Source: Vicugna vicugna
Taxonomy: Eukaryota
DNA length: 64,000 bases
Reading direction: 5' to 3'
NCBI GenBank assembly: GCA_013265495.1
Contig: MU062119.1
Coordinates: 3,756,388-3,820,387 of the forward strand
In this document: positions 48,215 through 60,639 of the stretch, in pieces
Numbering within the stretch: the stretch's first letter is position 1
Layout of the letters: each line of letters starts with the position of its first letter
Program-made: the position numbers and the translations under genes
Notes under the pieces: generated by a model
What the model was told of the DNA's origin: nothing
Seen by the model: only the letters and a program-made list of their open reading frames with translations
Database searches by the model: none

Positions 48215-51049
48215 TTATGGGTGGACACCTACATACACAGACAGATGCAGACGTCTGGGCAGGTGGAATCTGAATGCTCTGGTGCCCAGGAAAAGGCTGC
48301 TTGCCGGGCTGTGCTCTCCCTTCACATGTCCGAAGGGATTCCTCATTCTGATATTCCTTGCATGGTAACTGAACCTCTCTTATTTTGCCTCCATAGGAAT
48401 AGCTTTTACCTATGACACGTCAGCTCTTAGCAAGGTCACTGGGGAGTGGCCTTGCAGTCTCTGGTGGTCTCAGGCAGCGATGTGCTTTGAGTGATAAAAG
48501 CAGTCGTCCCAGGACCCTAATTCAGCAATTATCTGAAAGTGATAAATCTGCATGGCAGACAGGCCCTGGTACCCCCCAGATTTGGCTGGTGGCTTTTGAT
48601 AAGGGTCGCCCCATGTGTAAATGTCCCTCAGTCCCCGTGGAGCTGTAGGGGTGGGTGATGGAGCAGTGACAACTCCATAGAATCTTTAATTCTTCATAGC
48701 CCCACTAACTCCGAGTCTGAGCCTCTGTTCACAGAATCTTGGTCCCTTCCAGGGCCTCCCGTCACTTTGCCAGGGTGGTGCCTGAGAGCTCTGGGACTCA
48801 CCTGGTGCTGACACCACCGGGAGACACACCTGCCCTGGACGTCGATGTCCACTGAGGTCTCCACTGGTACGGCCTGCCTCCTGCCCCTTTGGCCCTTCAG
48901 GTGTGGTGGCTATTTCCAGGCCAAGCTTGGGGCCGCTGGAATCCTGTGAAGCCATCTATCGCCCCGCCTGCCGTGGTCAACTCAGTATTTCCTCTCCGGG
49001 TCTTACTGCTTCTCAGTAACGGACAGACTCTCCTTTGCATAATTTAGGAAGTAGGTTCAACTTATATAACAGACATCCAGAGTTCACAGGTTTATTTCTC
49101 TCCCATGTTAGACACAGGCAACCCAACTTGAGTTTCACCAGTGCGTGAAGGGTATTAGCACTGGGGAGGCCAGGTCGTTGAGGGGCCCGGGAGTTGGAAG
49201 GGTTATCCGTGGGTGCTGGAGAGGGGAATGAAGAGGAGGAGCAGGAATGAAAACACACTCCATGGGTAGAGGAGAGACAGTGGAACCCCTCCGTGACAGT
49301 GACCTCCAGGAGCACGAGGTTTTCAAGACATGGTCAAGATGGAAGAAAGTGGTTTGGAAATGGCGACGATGGCTAAGGAGCGGGGGCAGGCAGACGGCTC
49401 TGTGTGTGTGTGGTTACTGAAAGGGTGAGCCAGCCTTCCCCGTGTAATCAGGAGACGCCTAGTGTCCTCCTTAAACCCCCCCCCACCTTTTCGACTGCAT
49501 TCAGCCATTGCCCTCCCTTCTCAGCCCAGCCCAGTCTCAGACGGAGCCCAGAGCTGCCTTTGGGGCGAGCTAAGGATGCTCGGTGTCCCCCTGCCTGCGC
49601 CGATCTCTTAAGCCCAGCTGCAGACACTAAGTAGGAGAAAGCTAAGTGTTGGTTCCAGGTTTCCCCACCGCTGCCCCCTTCGGCCTCCGCTGTGGATGAC
49701 GAGGGGCCGCGGCTCCTGGAAGAGAGGTCCCCTGTGTAGCTGCCGCCGCCGCCTCATGGCTCAGGCCTTTATGACATCCTGTGTCTGGTCTCTTCTGTGG
49801 GGCTTTCCAAATTCTGCCCCTTTCCCCAAATTTCATGTGGAAAAATGAATTTGAAGTAAGGCGGATTTGGAACTGAAAGAAAGTGCATAATGGTTCTCAG
49901 TTTTTTGAAAAATTTTGCTCCATAATTGCATGGGTGAGAGACCGAACAGAAAACGGGTGTGATAAAAGCCTAAGAAACAATGAAAACTTATAAAAATAAT
50001 CGTTCTCGCCACGTGGGCCTCACTAGAGGGCCAGGCTCCGTGGGCACCGGCTCACACACGTGCTCACACCCAGTCGCAGCGGTGCTGCGCCCTAGGTGCG
50101 GGCGCGCGTCCAGGCTGCAGGTGGAGGGGTGGAAGGGCCTATTTATTTCCAGTTGTTCTCGCTGATTGACTGACTGAGGTAATGCGCAACTTCTGTGAAG
50201 AGCTCATAGCTTTTGCATAAAAAGTTGGCAGGAAGAGCTGTGTTGAGGGTCTGTCCCTGTAACTGACCACCACCTAGCAGGTCCCCCGGCAGTGGCCATG
50301 ACGTCTGGTTCTCTGCATCTCTCTTGCCTCCTCAGGGCCTCCAGAGACCAGAGGTGGGATGAGGAGATGGAGGTTTCAGCGTGTGCTGATGGACTTTCCT
50401 CAGGCCACCCAAGGAGCCATGGACCAACAAGGGGCTGAAATGTCTCTCTCCTGAGCACCCCTGCAGGAGGGGACTGAGTGATGGAAGGGGAACGTGGAGG
50501 GTCGGGTGAGGAACACCTGGGTCAGACGGCTGCAGAGGCCTCCACAGGAAGCGGTCAGAGCACATGCTCTGAGTCAGCTTCCAGCTGAGAGAGGCGAGCA
50601 GGGTATGCCCGGCAGGGCTCCTCGGTCAGAGTAAATGGGGCAGGCGCATGGGAGGTTAGTGTGCCTTCAGCCACAAGTCCCAGCCAGGAGCTGAGAATGT
50701 GACCCTGAGAGAGAATTGTCCCCGCAGCCTGGGGGCTGAGGGTAGCTTGGTGGATGGAAAAGCAGGGGCTCTGAAGGCCAGGACTCGGGTCCAGATGTCC
50801 CCTCCCAGGAGACATCTGGTTCCTGCCGAGATGGAGAGCACCATCCTCCAGGCCCTCCATCCGACAGCCAAAAACCTGAGTGCACCCCCACAGACACACT
50901 CACAGAGCCCGGGAAGTGGGGTGGGAAGGGCCGGCTGCTGAGGGAGCTCGGAACTTGGGGCATGACTCAGTCTCGGTGGGGCATCCCCTGAGCATCCGTA
51001 TCTTGCCTCCCAAGTACCGCAGATGGGGAATGGGAAGCCTGGAATCTGT

Positions 51050-51530
51050 CTAGAGGTGATAATTTTTAGAGCCGGCCCGAGGAAGCTGTAATAGCCGTAT
51101 ACCCAAACACATCATAAGTGAGTCAAAACGGAATCAGACGAATGTGCAGGTAACCTGCAAGAGGTCAAGAAAAGGGGAACAAAGGAATGAAAAATGGACA
51201 TAACAAAGAAAATAAACAACAAAACAGCAGACAGGCTGTAACAGATTTATAATCACTTTAAATATAAACGTTTTAAATACAATCAAAACAGAGGTGGGCA
51301 GAGTGGATTGGGAAAAAAAAAGCCACACCTGAACTGTGTGCTGTCTACAAGAAACTCACTCCAAATATACTGACATAGGTAGGTTGGTTGAAAGTAAAAG
51401 GACGGGAAAGGATCTATCATGCAAATGTTAATTTAAAAATAAGGATCGGCAGCTGTGTTAATATCCGATCCAGGGGACTCTAGCAAAGAAAGCTACCAGA
51501 GACAGGGAGGGGCCCCACGTAATGAGCGTA
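51050..51530 (+). mobile_element. Old LINE-1 internal fragment: ORF1/ORF2 spacer and start of ORF2 endonuclease domain (frameshifted)
   Basis: Piecewise translation gives ITLNINVLNT..EWI..VCCLQETHSKYTD..KVKG..IYHAN, matching the L1 ORF2 EN N-terminus; several frameshifts. Confidence 0.85.
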
Positions 51531-51629
51531 GGGCCCATCTGCCCAGCCTTCTCCTCTGCCATCCGCTGTCTCCATCGACCAGAAGCGCAGCCTCTGTGGG
51601 CCTCAGCCTCTCTGTCTCTCAGGTGGGGA

Positions 51630-51875
51630 CGGTAAACGCTCTACAGGATACTGTGGAACTGGGAGTTTGGGGTTGGCAGATGCAAACTACCATGTACAGA
51701 ATGAACAATGGTCCTGCTGTGCCACTCAGGGGTCTGGAGCCAGTGGTGCGTGGTTGTCATGACGGAAACAAGCACGTGCAGGTTTGTGTGTGGCTCAATC
51801 CCTGTGCTGCACACCAGGAACCAACACGACATTGTAAATCAGTTATACTTCAAGTTTTTTAAATGTTTAAAAAAG
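51630..51875 (+). mobile_element. LINE-1 3' end (same younger family as 18305-18535)
   Basis: GGGAGTTTGGGGTTGGCAGATGCAAACTAC..AACAATGGTCCTGCTGTG..CTGTGCTGCACACCAGGAACCAACACGACATTGTAAATCAGTTATACTTCAA. Confidence 0.85.
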
Positions 51876-52039
51876 ACTCCGAAGGTTAAGTACTTAGTAC
51901 AGATTAGCACCTGGTAAATGCTCGGTAATGTCTCACCCACATCTTAAACACATGCATTTCTGCATCACCATTTAAGTGATGTGTATCAGTCAGGAAAACA
52001 GGAACCGTAACGTCATGTTGTGGGTGTGCGTGCGTGTGC

Positions 52040-52190
52040 ATGAGATAAAACATGCAAAATGTAAAATTTACCATTTTAATCATTTTTAGTTCAGTGGCAT
52101 TAAGCACATCCACGTTGTTGTGCTGCCATCACCACTGTCCACCTCTGGAACTTTTTTGCCATCCCAAGTTGAACTCAGGACCCCTTAAAG
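52040..52190 (-). mobile_element. L1MA/L1MB-like 3' end fragment
   Basis: AAAATTTACCATTTTAATCATTTTTAGTTCAGTGGCATTAAGCACATCCACGTTGTTGTGCTGCCATCACCACTGTCCACCTCTGGAAC. Confidence 0.8.
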
Positions 52191-52689
52191 GCACCAGTTA
52201 CTTTAACAGAGAGAATTTAATAGGCAGTTTTTAGACCAGGTGTCAGAAGAATGAATGAGCAAAAAGGCAACATGAGACTCGGCCAAGGTGGGAACCATAG
52301 ACAGATGCAGCTCCCACCTCTAGGGCTTAGGGTGCAAAGGGAAGAGGTGGGATTGGCAAGAACTGGGAAGCTTGGAAGAGGGGTCCTGTGAAGCTGGGAC
52401 CCAGACCCCAGAGGGAGGGAAGCAGAACTCGGGGGGCACAACAAGGCTGGTTCTGCCACGGCAGAGGGGACAGACCTGGCCGGTGGCACCAGCTGCCTGG
52501 CTGGGATGGAGAAGGACATTGCTGTTGTGATGCTGGTGGGTCGGGGGCATACAGGAGGGGCACCTCCCCCTGACCTCCCCTTCCTGGCAGCAGTGTCCCT
52601 GCAGCACCCCCACATGCAGAAGCAAATGGGGAGCAGCTGGGAGAGGTGTTGAGGGCAGAGCCCCAGCTCCCGCCTCACTGTGCAAAGAA

Positions 52690-53060
52690 CAGAGGGCAGT
52701 GTTGGAGCGTCCTGGGGCAGCCCAGGGGCTCAGCACCACAGAAATGTACTCTCTCACCTTTCAGAGGCCAGGAGTCCAAAATCAGGGCACAGCAGGGCCG
52801 CCGTGAACCCACCAGGTGCTCCGGGGAGCATCCTTGCTGCCTCTTCTAGCTCGTGGGGACCCCGAGGTTCCTTGGCTGGTGGACACATCCCTCCAACCTT
52901 CGTCTCTGCCTTCACATGGCCTTCTTCCCTCTGTGCGCGTCTGAGTCCAAATTTCCTTCTTCTTATGAAGATGGACCAGCACCCCCCACCAATTCATATA
53001 CTCAACGTTTCCACCCGTAGCAGGTGGATTTGGAGCTGAGAGGCAGTCACCTAGTAACTA
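52690..53060 (-). mobile_element. MaLR LTR, MLT1B/C-like
   Basis: ACAGAAATGTACTCTCTCAC..GAGGCCAGGAGTCCAAAATCAGGG..GCCTCTTCTAGCT..GTTCCTTGGCTGGTGG..TCTGCCTTCACATGGCCTTCT..TCTTATGAAGA. Confidence 0.8.
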
Positions 53061-53100
53061 GTACAGGCATTGCTCTGAGAATCAGGGAATATCGGCCCCC

Positions 53101-53155
53101 ACAAGTCACTGGGCCTTTGCCAAACCTCAGTTTCCCCATCTGTAAAATGGGGGCG
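53101..53155 (+). mobile_element. MIR SINE core fragment
   Basis: CCTCAGTTTCCCCATCTGTAAAATGGGG. Confidence 0.75.
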
Positions 53156-53699
53156 GTTAGCAAACCGGAAAATCAACCAGCTGTGTGGCCAGATGTGGGG
53201 CACAAGCCAGCGTGACCCAGGTCCTGCTGCTGAGGCACTCAGGGTGAGCAGAGGCGGCCCAGAACCTGCAGGCGAACACAAGTTAGGAGGGACTCTGCCG
53301 GCCCGCGGCGTGCAGGCGTGCTGGGAGTCCTGGGCTGACGTCCCTGCTTGTTTGACCCTGGGGGACGAGCGCTGCCCAGCTGGAGTGTGAACCAGGCCGT
53401 GGGTCTGCAGGGCAAGAGGCCTTTCCTCGAAGCTTCTTGATGGGACTGAGGGATCCCAGACGGGGCACAGAGCTTATGTATGCGATGCAGAGTGGTTTTC
53501 AAAGGGCCGAGGCTACAGCTTCCAAACTCATCTGACCCAGGGTAATGTAAACCACCTTCTGCGCTAGACCTACAGTTTATTTGTGCAGTTTGGGCCGTTT
53601 CTGTAAATGTCTGACCCCTTTGGAAATCCGATCCAAAGGAGCGCAAACGAGGGCTTTTATTCTCCCTAGTGGCATGGCGGTGACGTTTACCTGTTGCAA

Positions 53700-53795
53700 G
53701 TTCTTTATTTTTACTTTTTTAACAGGTACTGGGGACAGAACCCAGGAACTGGTGCATGCCGAGCACACGCTCTGCCACTGAGCTGCACCCTTCCC
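53700..53795 (-). mobile_element. Camelid tRNA-derived SINE (vic-1-like)
   Basis: T-rich tail then GGTACTGGGGACAGAACCCAGG..GCATGCCGAGCACACGCTCTGCCACTGAGCTGCACCCTTCCC, the reverse complement of the other two copies. Confidence 0.85.
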
Positions 53796-54611
53796 GGCCC
53801 CGCTGCAACGTGCTAAATGCATAGACAAGCAAGATAAAGAAAGGGCCCATTTTGTTCTGTTCTGTCTTGTTTTTGAGCATCTTGGCACTGAGGAGAAAGA
53901 AAAACACGTGGATTGGTGAGGAGTGAGGAGGTGTGGAGCTGAAACTTCTCCGGAACTCGCAGCCCGGGCTTACGTTTCAGGGGCCCAGTAAACTGGGGAC
54001 GGATGGAAAGGCCCAGGAATGGACAGGGAGGGCCCTTCCTGGGAGTCAGAGTGAGGGTGCCCAGGTGAGGGGTTCCCGGAAGGGGTACACAGCAGAGCTG
54101 TTTGTCAGAACACCAGGAACCCCCTGCAGATCGTCGGACCTGCTGGAAACGTGCCTGTTAAGGAGAAGATACTTGGCTTCCGCATAAAACGACCGATTAC
54201 CACCAACTTCTCAGTATTCACAAAGCAGGACTCGCTGCCGCGGACACTTCAGAGGGGGAGACTGTGCTGCTGTCAGCTGCAGTGTGAGCGCCGTAAGTTC
54301 CCGTGCATCACAGGTTCCCAGTTTTCAAATTGTTACGTTGTTCTTGCAGTTTTCTGGGTTTGGAGACACATTACAAACAGCAGAAAACTATCAATGGAAA
54401 CAAATGAACACATCAGTAGTTCCCTGTATAAGAATTCAGGGGTGATTTTCCAAATCTTTAACCACCGGCGCTGGTAGCTTGGATATTGGCACTCACACGG
54501 CTGCTGATCAGCTCGGAGGCCCCTGTCCGAGATGCTGTTTCTGTGCCCTAGCAGGCCGCGTGTAAGGTGCTGGCTGTAAGAACACTGAGCTCTGAGCGGG
54601 GTACCTGGCCC

Positions 54612-54800
54612 CTAGTTGTGGCCAAACTTCAGTCTGCACAGAAATCCCTGGGAACCTTGTTAACACTCAGACTCCGGGACTCTCCCCAGAAGTTCGGATC
54701 TACTGAGGCCGGGGCGGGGCCCAAGAATCTGCATACTTACCGAGGTCCCCAGGTGCTGCCCTGGTCTTGTGTGGATAGAGGACCCACCTGCGTTGTTGTC
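54612..54800 (+). mobile_element. MER5A-like hAT-Charlie DNA transposon
   Basis: CAAACTTCAGTCTGCACAGAAATCCCTGGGAACCTTGTTAA..GGGGCGGGGCCCAAGAATCTGCAT..CCCCAGGTG. Confidence 0.8.
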
Positions 54801-55815
54801 CTCACTGTGCCCAGCACATACGTCTAGAAACACAATGAATGCTTGTGACGTGACCCCAGACTTCTGAGAAGGGAATGTGGCCTGTGTTTCCACCAGGGTC
54901 CTGATCCGAAGCAGACGAACCACTCAGATTTCAGAATTCCACAGGATCTGTTTCATAAGGGATTTTTATATGAGTAGGGTGGGGGTTTGGGGGGCCCGAG
55001 GGGAAGTTCCAGAAGCCAGGGCCGGTGGGCAGTGGAGCTGTTGCCACCCGTGTCCGAGGGGACAAGGGGAAAGAGGTTAGCAGGACTTAGGAGAGAGTGT
55101 GCAGAAGTGACCTTCGTGAGCCTTGGAGTGAGGGACACGACAGCCACGGTGACCTCCCAGGGAGGGACCCCCCAGGAGCAAGCGGACGCCTGCCCAGCCC
55201 CTCCCTCTGGTCTTCCGCGTGGCTCCCCTTGGCTGGGCTTCCCTGGAAGCAGAGGGTGAAGAAAGTGCAGGCGGTCTGGAGGGGCCACGAGGGAACATCC
55301 CAAATCTTCCTAACCTCCTCCTGAGTCCACGCTGTGCCCTGCCCCACTGTCTCCGCCACACTGTCTGCTCAGACCTTCACTGTCTCTTGCCTGACTTATT
55401 GTCACAGCTTCCAAACTGGTCCCCCTCCCCCAGCCTTGCTTCCTTCCAACCCAGCCCACCTTCCAGGGATTTCTAACACCCACACCTGATCATGCCACTT
55501 GCCCATTAGATCCCTTCCAGGGGCCCCCCTGCCTGCAGGGAAGAGCCCCATCTCCAGGCCCAGCCCCCTGGCTCTCTCCAGGTTCCCTGCTCACTTGTGG
55601 GGACATCACCCTGGAGAACCAGGAATTCCCAGGAGGCCCCTGATTTCCTTAGCACACCTGCTTCCTCTGGCTGGAGTCCTTCCCCCGGTCTTGGAGGGCC
55701 CCTCCACCTCCTTCAGGATTCTACCGCAGTGCCGCTTCCTCCAGGAAGCCTCCCCTGACCTGCATCAGGCCTCCTTCCTCTTTACCCATCATCATCTGGG
55801 TCTGGAACCCAGGCA

Positions 55816-55910
55816 GCCGCCTGCAGGGGGCAATGCCAGGCTCGGCTCCGCTCACTGAGTAAAGTTTCCGGTTTCAGTAACTGCACTGTCCTTCCGGCCA
55901 CTTCCCCCTC
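55816..55910. promoter_or_regulatory. Candidate CTCF site plus IRF-ETS composite and PU.1-like site
   Basis: CCTGCAGGGGGCA 55820-55832; GAAACCGGAA on minus strand (55866-55875); CTTCCGG 55891-55897; CACTTCCCC 55899-55907. Confidence 0.3.
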
Positions 55911-56799
55911 TATCCCAGAGCCCTGGGTTTGGACTGGGTCCTGTTCCGGAGCACAGTGAAGCCTCTATTCCTCGGGCTCTGCGTCCAGCCCGACCTGGGG
56001 CACTCGTATTTCAGTGGGCTTTGTGGTCACATCCGAGCTGTTCAGTTTCACCTCAATCAGCAGCACTGGGGGTGCCGAGCTCAGCCTCGTGGGTTTGGTC
56101 ACCATCAGCGCCAGTTAAACAAAATGCCAGTCGCCAGGGCAATTCCACCTTCGAACCAGCCAACAGCAGAAGAAAAATTGTTCCTAAAGATACCTGAAGC
56201 CAAACTGAGATCGTGAGTTCCTTCTGGGGGAACTGGCCCCAGCCCCCTCCCATCCCCATTTCCTCCCATGGTGTCGAGTCCCACCCCACCCACCGCACAT
56301 TTTGATTTTTGTTCAGTTCACCTTTGTTGGGATCTGGGTTTGACTTCTTTGAGTGGTTAGTTGAACCAACAGACCGTGTGAATGTGAGCATTTAATGGGC
56401 AAACTGGGTCATCCCTCTGCTGAACAAAACGTCTGTCCTGTGGGGAGTTTTGCCTTCACACAAGCACTAAACTCCAGGATTATGAGAAATCAAGTCGTAA
56501 TTGGTGTAAAGAGAGTGAAGAGAGCGTTTTGACAGCGTTGGTGGGGTACTGAGTTACTTCTGAGACCAGTTGATTTCTAGAACCTGTCCAGTTCTCTTGT
56601 GTGTCTGTCGTGACGAAATTGACTGAATCAGTGATCCAGAAGTGCCTCTGGCAGGTCTCCAAGCGCGGCCTCTTCTCTGCTGTTTTACCTGTGATTGTCT
56701 ACCGAGCAAAGGCTTGGCTAGTAAGAAACAAAAGTTAGGGGTTAGGAGCATTTGACGATCGATTGCTTTACCTTTTATTTCTCAAAGGCATCGTTTGAA

Positions 56800-57070
56800 A
56801 TTTTTATTTATCTAAATTTATCTTTAAGTGGTTTTATTGAGTTATAAATTCAGATATCATACAGTCCGCCCTTTTCAAGTGTACAATTCAGTGCGTTTTG
56901 GTGTATGACCTTACTAACTTTTTTTTAGTTGTGGGATCATACAAACACAAAATTTGCAATTTTAACCATTTCTAAGTGTGCGATTCAATGGCATGAAATA
57001 CGTCCACGATGTCCCGCGACCTTCCCCACTGTCTACTTCCCAGACTTTTACCTCAGCCCCAAAAATGTCA
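56800..57070 (-). mobile_element. Two stacked L1MA/L1MB-like 3' end fragments
   Basis: TTTTATTGAGTTATAAATTCAGATA..TTTTCAAGTGTACAATTCAGTG, then AAAATTTGCAATTTTAACCATTTCTAAGTGTGCGATTCAATGGCAT. Confidence 0.75.
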
Positions 57071-57899
57071 TTTTTAAAGGACTCTTTGCTGGCTGACCCA
57101 CAGGTAGTGAGAATATCAAGATGAAAAATAAAAAAAAAATTGTCAAGTTTCCTAAAAGTATTAACTCCAAAGTATTAACCTGGACTGCTGGCTACTGGAA
57201 AGTTCTAGAACATTCTGGTTCTTGAACCCGAGCTCCGTGGAGGAAGGGAATTCGACTTAGTGTCTCCAAAATCAAGAACAGGGTTTGGCACACATAAGCA
57301 CGTATACCGGTGAGACTTGTTCTTGGCCACGTCTTAAAATCAGGGTGCTGTGTGGACCCACTGTGGCCTGGTGTAGGCCTGTCAGCCAAGGGGGAGGAGT
57401 CTTTGCGGAGTGACGGTGTCTGGGATCTGGTGTGCCCTGGGACCACTCGGGGCTCCATGCCAGACCCCCACCCACCTACTTTCTCCATCCCACCAGTGGC
57501 TTGTGTCTGTCTAGATATTTTTTCAGGACTTTTTTTAAATGTTGAGAGAACTTTTAATACAATGAGAAAATGCTCATACTGTATTAACAAAAATGCAAAA
57601 CTGTATTGCTTGGAGGGGGAGGTTCTAGTTTTGTGTTAAAAAGCCCTGGATATGCATAAACATTCCTGGCTTTCTGAAAGACATTAAGCGTGATGTGAGA
57701 TGGTACTGGGTGTCTGTGAGCCTCTCAGTTTGGGGAAAAGTGTTCTTCAGGAACACACTGCCTGAACCTGTGGCCCAGCCTTGGCAGGCCTGCCCCCATT
57801 CCAGCCCCCTCCCTGGTCTCCTGGCTTGGCCCCGGTCCCTCAGCTCCATGAAATCCAGTTCAACTCCCTAAGCCACAGGCCCTTCCTGGCTGCCTCTGC

Positions 57900-58095
57900 C
57901 TGCCCTGTGGCAGCCACTCAGAGTCCTGTCTGCTCCTCAGGCATCTCTGTCGGCACCTGCCAGCTCTTCTTTCTGGAATGACCTCCCCTCAAGTCCCCAC
58001 ACTGCCCGCTCCTTCTCCGCTTACAAGGCTCCTCGTCTGAGAGGCCTCTCCTGCCTCACATAGCACATAGTAGGTGCTCAACTAATACTTGTGTT
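57900..58095 (+). mobile_element. L2 LINE 3' region
   Basis: TTCTGGAATGACCTCCCC..GGCTCCTCGTCTGAGAGGCCT..CACATAGTAGGTGCTCAACTAATACTTG. Confidence 0.65.
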
Positions 58096-59860
58096 CTGGT
58101 CCCCAGTCGCCCAATGAGCAATTGAGGGGTGGGGCCATCTGGAGCCCCCCCCCAATAGGCCGTGTTGGCTCCCTCTACCCTGCCCCTGGGACCCCCTGCC
58201 CCTGTGGGCCGGCGCCTCTGTGCAGGATGTACTGCTCTGTCCACACTGAGGGCCTCGCAGCTAAGGCGAACCTGTGGACAGACGCTTGGGGCAATTGTCC
58301 TTGAACAAATAAACCCGTTACTGCCTGCCTGTACAGTCTTCCAGGAGCTGGCCAAGAGAGTGAGTTATTTTGCAGTGAGGCTGCAAACCTCTCAGCCAAG
58401 GGGGCCTCTGAAACCTGTCCAGCAGCCAGCTCCTCTCAGGACGGGGCCATCCATAAGTCTGCAACTCTTGCAGTGACAAGATCACTGTCACCAAGCTCCT
58501 GACTCCAGCTCCTCTGTGTTCCTCCAGCCTGGCTGCCTGGAGCTGGGGGTGGAGGAGAGACCCAGCCTCCCGCCTAGCTGTGCTGGGTGATGGGAGACAC
58601 ATATCTCGCAGGGTTGGTGCCAGCGGCTTGACGGGAAGCAGCCAGCCAGGCTGTGGAATTGGTGTCTGTAAAAAGGATTCTGACGGAGGGTGGTTAGCAC
58701 CGCCCCCGGGTTATTCCGCACTGGGTGCAGGGCTGACCCTTGTGGGGTGATGGCACTTTTATGGTCCCATTAAGAAAGATGAGGGTCTCCAACACCACGG
58801 AAACGCCAGGCATCGGCCTGCTGGCCAGGCTCATCAGGCAGGGGCGTCGGGAGCAGCCTCGGTCCCCGCCGCTCGCACTAGGGCACCGGCCCCCTTGCCG
58901 GGGACCCTGAGAAAATGTGCAGATGCCAGCAGGTGCCTCCCCAGGGACCCGGGGCTTCCCTAGGACCAGGGAAGATGGGAAAATGCTGCTCCGTAAGGCA
59001 TCTTGTTCCAAAAGGGGGCGGGCTGGGATTTGATTAACAAGACTCGGGGAGGGGGCTTCCTGCAGTGGGGGAAGTCAGCTGGGGCCCTCCCTGCACACTT
59101 GTCACATCACAGGCCAATGTTGGCTTTCAAATCTGGAATCCGGGACCTCGTCAAGGGATCATAGCAGCAGGACCAGCAGTCGATGTCTGTGTAGTTCACT
59201 GTAACTCTCGCGGTTCTTCCCATCAGACCCGGCGGATACCCCACCACCTACCCCACCACCGTCAGACTCGAGGCCCCCCGCTGGGCCTGAATCCCTTCAG
59301 ACGCGGCGTGCTCTGGGCCAGGCCGGGCGCCTTAGGGGAACCAGTGGGCCCGGCCCCTCCCTTGGGGAGCTTGGCTTCTGCAGGGAGACAGGCATCGACT
59401 GGATAGTCCCACGATGTCAGCCCCACCCCGTGGCGAGTGCTAGCGCAGAGAGGTCCAGCCCGGGGGACAGCATTTCCCTCTTTCCCTTTTCAACTCATCT
59501 CATGCACACAGTCTCCACAAAGAGTAGGCAGAAAGGGGTTTAGCCCCATTTTTAGATTCAGAATTGAGAGCTGGATGAGGTCAAGGGAGTCCAGGGGCCA
59601 GGGAGTGGAAATGACCCAGCTGAACAGGACTCTCGGGATTCGCCAGTCCAGGTGGGGACCCCCAAGACTCAGCAGCGGGAACCGGGCTCTGTTCTGTGGA
59701 GAGACTGGATTCACATCGGGGCGTCACGCAGCTCTGAGGAGTTAAAATCCTCTGCCTCTGCCTTTTCACATCCTTAGTAGTAACACTAGTCACTAGTTGC
59801 CGTTTTTGCTAGTTGCTTGGTTGGATTTGCCTTCTAGTGTTTATCCAAATACTTACATAC

Positions 59861-60050
59861 CTGGTGGAGGTGGCGGTTGGGAAGAACGCTCTGGAATGGG
59901 CGTACTAGCTGCGCCGCCCAGCTTGCCTCCCCCTGGACTGCCTGGGAGAGGCCGGGTGATCCGCCTGCACCTCCCTCGGCCCGGGCGCCGTGCGGCGCTC
60001 TCCCTTTGCCTCCAGCCGTCCGAGGCCCTGGAGACGAGGCTGTGCGGGAG
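59861..60050 (-). ncRNA. Putative non-coding (first) exon ending at a strong splice donor; transcript unidentified
   Basis: CpG-rich 59890-60050; minus-strand CAG|GTATGT at 59861|59860 with overlapping TAT|GTAAGTAT; no recognisable protein. Motif evidence only. Confidence 0.22.
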
Positions 60051-60201
60051 AGGCCCTTGGCTATTTATTTATTGCCATCCTTGGGGTTTACTGGGGCCTC
60101 CATAAAACCTGCTTGTTGAGTCAGAAGGTTTACAGCCCGGCTTGTGTCCTGGGGCTTTGAGAGTCTGCGTGTTTGGTTTGTCATTTTGAGAAAAGCCACA
60201 A

Positions 60202-60236
60202 GTTTTGTTTTGTTTTGTTTTGTTCTGTTCTGTTTT
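60202..60236 (+). repeat. (GTTTT)n pentanucleotide repeat
   Basis: GTTTTGTTTTGTTTTGTTTTGTTCTGTTCTGTTTT. Confidence 0.9.
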
Positions 60237-60395
60237 AAACAAAGGAATTTCAGGATTTGTGGGGAAGCTGAAGAGAACCCTGCATCGTGCAGAAAGGAAG
60301 AAAACAGCTTCTGGGGCGTTTTTGGGGAAACAGAGGCTTCGGGGTTCAGGACAATTTGTCTGGTGTTTCTAACCTTCAGTTCTGAAGTCCTTAAA

Positions 60396-60441
60396 TCTCC
60401 CTCTCTCTCTCACACTCACACACACACACACACACACACAC
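60396..60441 (+). repeat. Compound (CT)n(CA)n microsatellite
   Basis: TCTCCCTCTCTCTCTCACACTCACACACACACACACACACACACAC. Confidence 0.95.
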
Positions 60442-60639
60442 GCAAAGGAGGGCTTCAGGGGAATAAAAATGTTTCCTCTGTAAAGTTTCCAAAGACTTCA
60501 GAGACCGGATAGTTCAACACAATTATAACACGTTTGCCAACGTGAGAAACACGTGTTGGGGGGGATGGACTATTATGTCTTTTAGAAAGACATGTCTTGT
60601 TTCTTCCACTAACTGAAATATGTTTGCCTCTGTGCCGCA

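Noticed and set aside
54290-54500. Possible ancient DNA-transposon remnant
   Set aside because: Only vague resemblance to remembered consensus; family and boundaries could not be supported.
59849-59870. Similarity to the U1 snRNA 5' end (ATACTTAC..CCTGG)
   Set aside because: Match is limited to ~8-12 nt and is explained by being the complement of splice donors; no U1 body follows.
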